From: an uncultured beta proteobacterium | GTDB taxonomy: Bacteria; Pseudomonadota; Gammaproteobacteria; Burkholderiales; Casimicrobiaceae | NCBI GenBank assembly: GCA_963810815.1 | Contig: CAWEPB010000002.1 | Coordinates: forward strand, 80,940-144,939 | Reading direction: 5' to 3' | Length of the DNA: 64,000 nucleotides | In this document: in pieces, positions 58,023 to 64,000 of the stretch | Numbering within the stretch: the stretch's first letter is position 1 | Layout: each line of letters starts with the position of its first letter | Made by a program: the position numbers and the translations under genes | Notes under the pieces: model-generated | The model's input: the letters and a program-made list of their open reading frames with translations, nothing else | Told to the model about the DNA's origin: nothing | Databases searched by the model: none

Positions 58023-59298
58023 TCACGCTTCGTGGACGACCTGGCCGCCGACCAGCGTGTACCGGACCCGGCCCGGAACCTCGAGACCGGCGAAGGGCGT
58101 GTTCTTGCCCTGGCTGCGCAGCGCCTTCGGCTCGACCCGCCAGTGCTCGTTCGGGTCGAACACGCAGACGTCGGCGGCGGCGCCGACCGCCAGCTGCCCG
58201 GCGTCGAGGCCCAGGACCCGGGCCGGTGCCGAGGTGATCGTCGCCAGCGCCCTGATCAGCGGCACCTTGTCGGCGAGCCGCCCATTGGAGTGTCAGCGGC
58301 AGCAGGAGTTCCAGGCCGGTGGCCCCCGGCTCCGCCTCGCCGAACGGCACCGCCTTGGCGTCGTCGTCGACCGGCGCATGGTCCGAGCAGATCGCGTCGA
58401 TGGTGCCGTCGGCAAGCCCCGCCCGCAGCGCCGCACGGTCGCGCGTGCCGCGCAGCGGCGGCTCGAGCCGGCACTGGGTGTCGAACCAGCCGAGGTCGAC
58501 CTCGGACAGGTGCAGGTGATGGGCGGCGACGTCGCAGGTCACCGCCAGTCCTTCGGCCTTCGCCGCGCGCACCAGCGCGACGCCCTCGGCCGACGACAGC
58601 CGGGCGATGTGAACGCGGCTCTTCGCCTGCCGGACCAGGGCGAAGATCGTCGCCAGCGCCACCGTCTCGGCAGTGACGGGAATCCCCGGCAGCCCGAGCC
58701 GCGTGGCGACTTCCCCGTCGTGCGCGACCCCGCCCCGGGCAAGGTGCGGATCCTGTGGCCGCAGCCAGACCGCATGCCCGAAAGTCGCCGCATACTGCAG
58801 CGCCCGCAGCAGCACCTGCGTGTCGACGAGCGGCCGGTCGGCCTGCGAGAACGCCACGCAGCCGGCCTCGGCCAGCTCGCCCATCTCGGTCAGCGTCTCG
58901 CCGGCAAGTCCCACCGTCAGCGCCCCGACCGGGTGGACGTGCGCGCGATTGGACAGCCGCGCGCGCTGCTTGAGCATTTCGACGAGACCGGGCTCGTCGA
59001 GCGGCGGGTCGGTGTCGGGGGGGCAGGCGAGGCTGGTCACGCCGCCGGCCACCGCCGCGTCCATCTCCGATTCCAGCGTCGCCTTGTGTTCGAGTCCGGG
59101 CTCGCGCAGCCGCGCGGCGAGATCGACCAGTCCCGGCGCCACGATGCAGCCGGCGGCGTCGAGCACGCGTCCGGCCTGCCAGCCCGCCGGCGGCGCGCCG
59201 ATCGCCACCACCTTGCCGGCGGCGAGGTACAGCGAGGCGGCGCGATCGACCCCGTGCCTGGGGTCGACGAACCTGCCGTTGGCGATTTCGATTTTCAC
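58023..59298 (-). pseudogene. Dihydroorotase-like protein PyrC' (non-catalytic type) interrupted by a +1 frameshift near 58278-58281
   Basis: GTG start at 59298. The N-part reads ...APGLVDLAARLREPG, where the HxH metal ligands are replaced, as in inactive PyrC'. It turns to junk after ...LELLLPLTLQWA. The continuation LADKVPLIRALATITSAPARVLGL... is in the other frame (track ORF 58023..58265). Confidence 0.7.
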
Positions 59299-59323
59299 GA
59301 TCTGCGCTTCCGTCGGCGTTGCG

Positions 59324-60286
59324 TCATCCGGCCAGCATCGACATCACGGCCATCCGCACCGCGATGCCGAAGGTGACCTGCGGCAGGATCACGGCGCGCG
59401 CACTGTCGGCAACGGCGGAGTCGATCTCGACGCCGCGGTTCATCGGCCCGGGATGCATGACGATCGCGCCCGGCTTGGCCACCGCCAGCTTCTCCGGCGT
59501 GAGCCCGTAGTGCTTGAAGTACTCGCCGGCGGAGGGCAGCAGCGCGCCGCGCATCCGCTCGTTCTGCAGCCGCAGCATCACGACGACGTCGCAGCCGGCC
59601 AGTCCCCGCCGCATGTCGTGGTGGACCTGCACGCCCATCGACTCGATCGCCGTCGGCAGCAGCGTCTGCGGGCCGACGACGCGGACTTCGGGCGTGCCGA
59701 GCGTCGTGAGCCCGTGGATCAGGCTGCGCGCGACGCGCGAGTGCAGGACGTCGCCGACGATCGCCACGGTGAGCCGGCGGAAGTCCTGCTTGTAGTGACG
59801 GATGGTGAACAGGTCGAGGAGCCCCTGCGTCGGGTGCGCGTGACGGCCGTCGCCGGCGTTGACCACGTGCACGTGCGACCGGCCGGTGCGCGCGAGGTGC
59901 GTGGCGATCAGGTGCGCGGCGCCGGACTGCGCGTGGCGGACGACGAACAGGTCGGCGTCCATCGCGACGAGGTTGTCGACGGTGTCGAGCAGCGTCTCGC
60001 CCTTGGTCGTCGACGAGGCGCCGATGTTGAGGTTGATGACGTCGGCCGACAGCCGCTTGGCCGCGATCTCGAACGTCGTCCGCGTCCGCGTCGAGCTCTC
60101 GAAGAACAGGTTGAACACCGACCGGCCGCGCAGCAGCGGCACCTTCTTGACCTCGCGCTCGCCGATCGACACGAAGGGCTGCGCGGTGTCGAGGATGCGC
60201 ACGATCATGTCGGCGGGCAGCCCCTCCAGCGTCAGCAGGTGCGCGAGCCGGCCCGACGCGTCGATCTGCGGGTTAGCGGCCGGCAT
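59324..60286 (-). CDS. pyrB: Aspartate carbamoyltransferase catalytic subunit
   Basis: ATG at 60286. STRTR carbamoyl-phosphate motif, HPTQ and HPGP motifs. 320 aa. Confidence 0.95.
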   Translation of the reverse strand: MPAANPQIDASGRLAHLLTLEGLPADMIVRILDTAQPFVSIGEREVKKVPLLRGRSVFNLFFESSTRTRTTFEIAAKRLSADVINLNIGASSTTKGETLLDTVDNLVAMDADLFVVRHAQSGAAHLIATHLARTGRSHVHVVNAGDGRHAHPTQGLLDLFTIRHYKQDFRRLTVAIVGDVLHSRVARSLIHGLTTLGTPEVRVVGPQTLLPTAIESMGVQVHHDMRRGLAGCDVVVMLRLQNERMRGALLPSAGEYFKHYGLTPEKLAVAKPGAIVMHPGPMNRGVEIDSAVADSARAVILPQVTFGIAVRMAVMSMLAG

Positions 60287-60842
60287 CGGTGGAAGCCTCG
60301 GTGGTGAGCGCCAGCCGGCCGTCGTCGGCGCGGGACAGGACGATCGACAGCCCGCGCGCAACGGCGAGGCGCGTGCCGACGTAGGTGGCCTCGATCGGCA
60401 GCTCGCGGCCGCCGCGGTCGACGAGCACCGCGAGTTCGATCGCGGCGGGCCGGCCGAAATCGAACAGCTCGTTGATCGCCGCGCGGACGCTGCGGCCGGT
60501 GCAGAGCACGTCGTCGACCAGCACGATCGTCGCCCCGACCACGTCGAACGGCAGGCGCGTCGACTTGACCTCCGGCTTCAGGCCCTTGGCGGCGAAATCG
60601 TCGCGGTAGAACGAGACGTCGACGTAGCCGACCGGGTGGTCGCCGGGGATCGCCGCCGCAAGGCGCTCGGCCAGCCACGCGCCGCCCGAGTAGATGCCGA
60701 CGAAGCAGGCGTCGTGCGCGACCGCCCCGCGCATCCGCTCCGCGAGCTCGGCGACGAGGGCTTCGGCATCCGGCAGCTCGGCCCCCGGAAGCAGGGTGGC
60801 CGGCAGGTCCGGGCGGGGCGCGGGCGGCTCAGGCGGATTCAT
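60273..60842 (-). CDS. pyrR: Bifunctional pyr operon regulator / uracil phosphoribosyltransferase PyrR
   Basis: PRPP-binding motif [12 protein letters not shown]. Overlaps the pyrB start by 14 nt. Confidence 0.9.
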   Translation of the reverse strand: MNPPEPPAPRPDLPATLLPGAELPDAEALVAELAERMRGAVAHDACFVGIYSGGAWLAERLAAAIPGDHPVGYVDVSFYRDDFAAKGLKPEVKSTRLPFDVVGATIVLVDDVLCTGRSVRAAINELFDFGRPAAIELAVLVDRGGRELPIEATYVGTRLAVARGLSIVLSRADDGRLALTTEASTDAGR

Positions 60843-61329
60843 GGGGCGATTCCGTGGTGGCGGGCGTCACGCTGCCCGCCGGGTCGTCGAGGTACGTCTG
60901 CAGGATGATCTGCGCGGCAACCTCGTCCTGCGCCGCCTTCCGTGCGCGCCCGTGCACGCCCGACGCGACCAGCGCGTCTCCGGCGGCCCGCGTGGTCAGT
61001 CGCTCGTCGACGCGCGCCACGGGCAGCCCGTAGCGTCCCTCGAGCTGGCGCGCGAAACGCTCGGCGCGGGCGGTCATCTCGTGCGCGACGCCGTCCGCGT
61101 GCGTCGGGCGGCCGACGACCAGTGCGTCGGGCCGCCACTCGTCGAGCAGCGCGGTGATGGCGGCAAAGCGCACGGCAGCGGCCTCGGATCGGATCGTGGT
61201 CAAGGGGTGGGCGAGGCGGACGGTGGTATTGCCCACCGCGACGCCGATTTTCCGGGTGCCGAAATCGAAAGCGAGCACCGTGCCCTCGCCGGCGCCGGGG
61301 CGGCGGGACGGTTCAGGCGTGGCCGACAT
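60829..61329 (-). CDS. ruvX: Holliday-junction-resolvase-like putative pre-16S rRNA nuclease RuvX/YqgF
   Basis: [17 protein letters not shown]-terminal RNase H-fold motif. 166 aa. Confidence 0.9.
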   Translation of the reverse strand: MSATPEPSRRPGAGEGTVLAFDFGTRKIGVAVGNTTVRLAHPLTTIRSEAAAVRFAAITALLDEWRPDALVVGRPTHADGVAHEMTARAERFARQLEGRYGLPVARVDERLTTRAAGDALVASGVHGRARKAAQDEVAAQIILQTYLDDPAGSVTPATTESPHESA

Positions 61330-61879
61330 CCTCGGAGAGTCGGGAAAAGTCGATGCCGAGCAGCTGCATCGCGGCGGGCAGCCGCGCTTCGGGCGGCATG
61401 TCGAACATCACGTCCGGGTCGGCCTCGACGGTCAGCCAGGCGTTCTGCGCAATCTCGTGCTCGAGCTGGCCCGCCGACCAGCCGGCATAGCCCAGCGATA
61501 TGAGCACGTCCTTCGGCCCGTCGCCCCGGCCGACGGCCTCGAGCACGTCCTTCGACGTCGTGAGCCCCATGTCGTCGCTGATCGCCAGCGTCGAAGTCCA
61601 GTTGCCGAGCGGACGGTGCAGCACGAAGCCGCGGTCGGTCTGGACCGGCCCGCCGAAATGCACCGGCGATTCGCGCAGCGCCGCGTCGCCGAGCGGCACG
61701 TCGATCTGCTCGAACAGCGCGGACAGCGTCATGTCGGTCGGCTTGTTGACGACCAGTCCCAGCGCGCCGTCGCCGTTGTGCTCGCAGACGAAGGTCAGCG
61801 TATGGGCGAAACGCGGATCGGCCATGCCCGGCATGGCGATCAGGAAATGGCGCGAGAAGTTGGCGGGGTCCGCGGGCAT
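61313..61879 (-). CDS. YqgE/AlgH family protein
   Basis: ATG at 61879. [13 protein letters not shown]...VNKP...GGPV motifs. Overlaps the ruvX start. Confidence 0.85.
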   Translation of the reverse strand: MPADPANFSRHFLIAMPGMADPRFAHTLTFVCEHNGDGALGLVVNKPTDMTLSALFEQIDVPLGDAALRESPVHFGGPVQTDRGFVLHRPLGNWTSTLAISDDMGLTTSKDVLEAVGRGDGPKDVLISLGYAGWSAGQLEHEIAQNAWLTVEADPDVMFDMPPEARLPAAMQLLGIDFSRLSEDVGHA

Positions 61880-61991
61880 CCGTGCAATTGTAATCGTCGC
61901 GACCGGGCGGCACAATTGACCGGGTTTGCCGCGACCCTGCGTTCCCGCGATTGCTTCCCGCGGGCCACTCCGGCCCCTTCCGTCCGTCCCC

Positions 61992-63431
61992 ATGCCGATG
62001 ATCGCCCACCGTTCGTCCCTTCGCGCACTCGCCTTCGCCGGCGCGATCGCCCTCTGTCTCGCGGCGCCCCCGACCGCGGCCCGGCTGACGCTGATGCACG
62101 GTTACGCCGACATCACCAGCGCGCTGCTGTGGATCCAGGCCGACACGCCGGGATCGATCGACGTCGAGTGGACGCCGGAGGGCGAGGCGACTCCGCGGCG
62201 TGCCAGCTTCGACGCCGCGGCCGCCAACGAGAACGTCGTCGTGGCGCGGCTCACCGGAATCGCCCCCGGCCGCGCCGCGACCTATCGCGTCGCCGGCGAC
62301 GGCGAGGTCCGGGAAGGCCGGCTGCGGACGCAACCCTACTGGACGAAGGCGGCGGAGGCGCGCGAAATCACGATCGCCCTGGGCAGCTGCTTCTTCCTGG
62401 CCGACCCCAATCCGCTGTTCTCGCGGCCGGGATACGGCGGCGGGTTCGACATCTTCGGCACCATCGCGGCGCAGAAGCCGGACGTGATGCTCTGGCTCGG
62501 CGACAACCTCTACCTGCAGGCGCCGGACCTGCTGGATCCGGCGTCGATGTCGGCGCGCTACCGGCGTCAACGCGGCTTCGCGGAGCTGCAGCCGGTGCTG
62601 ACCGCCACGTCGCATCTCGCCATCTGGGACGACCACGACTACGGTCCGAACGACGGCGACCGCTCCTACGCGCTGAAGGGCGAGACGCTGAAGCTCTTCC
62701 GCCGCTACTGGGCCAACCCGTCCTGGGGCCTGCCCGACGTCCCCGGCACGTTCGGGGTCGCCCGCTACGGCGACGTCGACTTCTTCCTCCTCGACGACCG
62801 CTACCACCGATCGCCGAACCGCGCGCCGGACGGCCCGGAGAAGACGATGTTCGGCCGCGACCAGCTGGAATGGCTGAAGGCCGCGCTGATCAACTCGCGC
62901 GCGCCGCTCAAGGTGATCGCCGGAGGCAGCCAGTTCTGGAACCGGGCGAGCCGCTACGAGGGCTGGCACCGGTTTCCGACCGAGCAGCAGGCGTTCGCCG
63001 CGTGGCTCGCGGGGCAGCGCATCAACGGCGTGCTGTTCGTGTCCGGCGACCGGCATTTCACCGAACTGCTGCGCGTCGAGCGGCCCGGTGCGTACCCGCT
63101 CTACGAATTCACGTCGAGCCCGCTGACGTCGCGGGCCTGGGAGCAGCCGGACAAGGCCGAACGCGAGAACCCGGATGTGGTCGCGGGAACCCTGGTCGGC
63201 AAGCGGCAGTTCGGGTTGATCCGGGTGAGCGGTCCCGGCAACGACCGGCGCATCGCGCTGGAAAGCTACGACGCCAGGGGCGACCGGCTGTGGCGGCACG
63301 AAATTCGCGCGCGCGACCTGCGGATGCCACGGTCGGGCAGTGCAACGGGGGCCGCGGCGGTCGGCACTGCCCGCGGCCCGACGGGGGCCGCGTCGGTTTC
63401 GGTGCCCGCGGAGGCCGAGGCCGACGAATGA
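61992..63431 (+). CDS. PhoD-like alkaline phosphatase/metallophosphoesterase, exported
   Basis: ATG at 61992 gives a signal peptide ...[18 protein letters not shown]. Metallophosphatase motifs [17 protein letters not shown] and SGDRH. Confidence 0.8.
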   Translation: MPMIAHRSSLRALAFAGAIALCLAAPPTAARLTLMHGYADITSALLWIQADTPGSIDVEWTPEGEATPRRASFDAAAANENVVVARLTGIAPGRAATYRVAGDGEVREGRLRTQPYWTKAAEAREITIALGSCFFLADPNPLFSRPGYGGGFDIFGTIAAQKPDVMLWLGDNLYLQAPDLLDPASMSARYRRQRGFAELQPVLTATSHLAIWDDHDYGPNDGDRSYALKGETLKLFRRYWANPSWGLPDVPGTFGVARYGDVDFFLLDDRYHRSPNRAPDGPEKTMFGRDQLEWLKAALINSRAPLKVIAGGSQFWNRASRYEGWHRFPTEQQAFAAWLAGQRINGVLFVSGDRHFTELLRVERPGAYPLYEFTSSPLTSRAWEQPDKAERENPDVVAGTLVGKRQFGLIRVSGPGNDRRIALESYDARGDRLWRHEIRARDLRMPRSGSATGAAAVGTARGPTGAASVSVPAEAEADE

Positions 63432-64000
63432 CGAGGACCGCCGCAGCGCCGGTGCACGGACGGGCGCTGGTCTGGTTCCGGCGCGACCTGCGCGACTTCG
63501 ACCACGCGGCGCTGCACCGGGCGCTGACGTCGGCCAGGGCGGTCTACACGGCGTTCGTCTTCGACCGCGAGATCCTCGACGCGCTGCCATCGAAGGACGA
63601 CCGCCGCGTCGAGTTCATCCTCGAGAGCGTGCGCGAACTCGACGCGGCGCTGCGCGCCCATGGCGGTGGGCTGATCGTGCGCCACGCGCGTTCGCGCGAC
63701 GAGATTCCGGCGCTGGCGGCCGCGCTCGGCGTCGACGCCGTCTACGCCAACCACGACTACGAACCGGCGGCGATCGACCGCGACGCCGCGGTAGAGCGCG
63801 GGCTCGCCGACCGCGGCATCTCGTTTGTCACCACCAAGGATCAGGTGATCTTCGAGCGCGACGAGGTGCTCTCGCTCGCCGGCAAGCCGTTCTCGGTGTT
63901 CACGCCGTATCGGAACGCCTGGCTGAAGGCGCTGACGCCGGCGCAGGTTCGCGCGCATCCGGTGGAGCGCCACGCGGCCGCGCTGGCCCGGCCGCCCCGG
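63428..64000 (+). CDS. phrB: Deoxyribodipyrimidine photolyase/cryptochrome family, N-terminal part (runs off window)
   Basis: ATG at 63428 overlaps the phoD-like stop (ATGA). LVWFRRDLRDFDHAAL and the alpha/beta photolyase N-domain pattern. Open to the window end, so absent from the ORF track. Confidence 0.8.
   Translation, partial: MTRTAAAPVHGRALVWFRRDLRDFDHAALHRALTSARAVYTAFVFDREILDALPSKDDRRVEFILESVRELDAALRAHGGGLIVRHARSRDEIPALAAALGVDAVYANHDYEPAAIDRDAAVERGLADRGISFVTTKDQVIFERDEVLSLAGKPFSVFTPYRNAWLKALTPAQVRAHPVERHAAALARPPR

Noticed and set aside
61200-63590. 796-aa minus-strand ORF spanning yqgE, the spacer and the PhoD-like gene.
   Set aside because: It crosses a divergent intergenic region and is antisense to a gene with metallophosphatase motifs. 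The translation is low-complexity.

Overview
Very GC-rich chromosomal segment (roughly 65-70 % G+C by eye, not computed). Gene content and synteny look betaproteobacterial, Burkholderiales/Rhodocyclales-like: rplM-rpsI, argC, bactofilin, erpA, anmK, M23 peptidase, tyrS, pyrR-pyrB-pyrC', ruvX-yqgE, DUF2782-thrB and BPSS1780-type membrane proteins. The taxon is an inference. I support about 62 protein genes and found no rRNA, tRNA or CRISPR.

Main blocks:
1. 1-8160: housekeeping genes.
2. 8369-16532, minus strand: a complete thiosulfate-oxidation cluster, soxR-soxCD-soxYZ-(periplasmic DsrE-like)-soxAX-(TlpA/SoxW-like thioredoxin)-soxB. A 225-bp element with 26-bp terminal inverted repeats separates it from tyrS.
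3. 17498-19154: speD-speE polyamine genes.
4. 19443-27561: a tkt-gap-pgk-pyk-fba central-carbon/Calvin-type cluster interleaved with two GNAT genes.
5. 27925-31736: an accessory-looking stretch. It holds a doubly damaged threonine-dehydratase-like gene, a beta-barrel/OmpA/cadherin-repeat chimeric protein and a membrane-anchored DUF2726 protein.
6. 32220-34369: groESL with a perfect CIRCE operator.
7. 35130-38843: the most unusual locus. It is a three-gene membrane multiheme module: an 11-heme TM-anchored cytochrome c, a cytochrome-b-like subunit, and a NapC/NirT-like cytochrome with up to 8 hemes and non-canonical CX3CH/CX4CH sites. FNR-type boxes bracket it.
8. 39002-64000: core genes, namely a YdiJ-like FAD/FeS oxidase, polA, LOG, thrB, uvrD, argA, yggX, cysDNC, the pyr operon, a PhoD-like phosphatase and the start of a photolyase.

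Two genes carry +1 frameshifts (the threonine-dehydratase-like gene and pyrC'). These could be real lesions or assembly errors.

The ORF track uses ATG, GTG and TTG as starts and contains many long antisense or out-of-frame shadow ORFs typical of high-GC DNA. I re-derived starts from the nucleotide sequence. No similarity search was run, so every family assignment rests on motifs I recognise in the translations.
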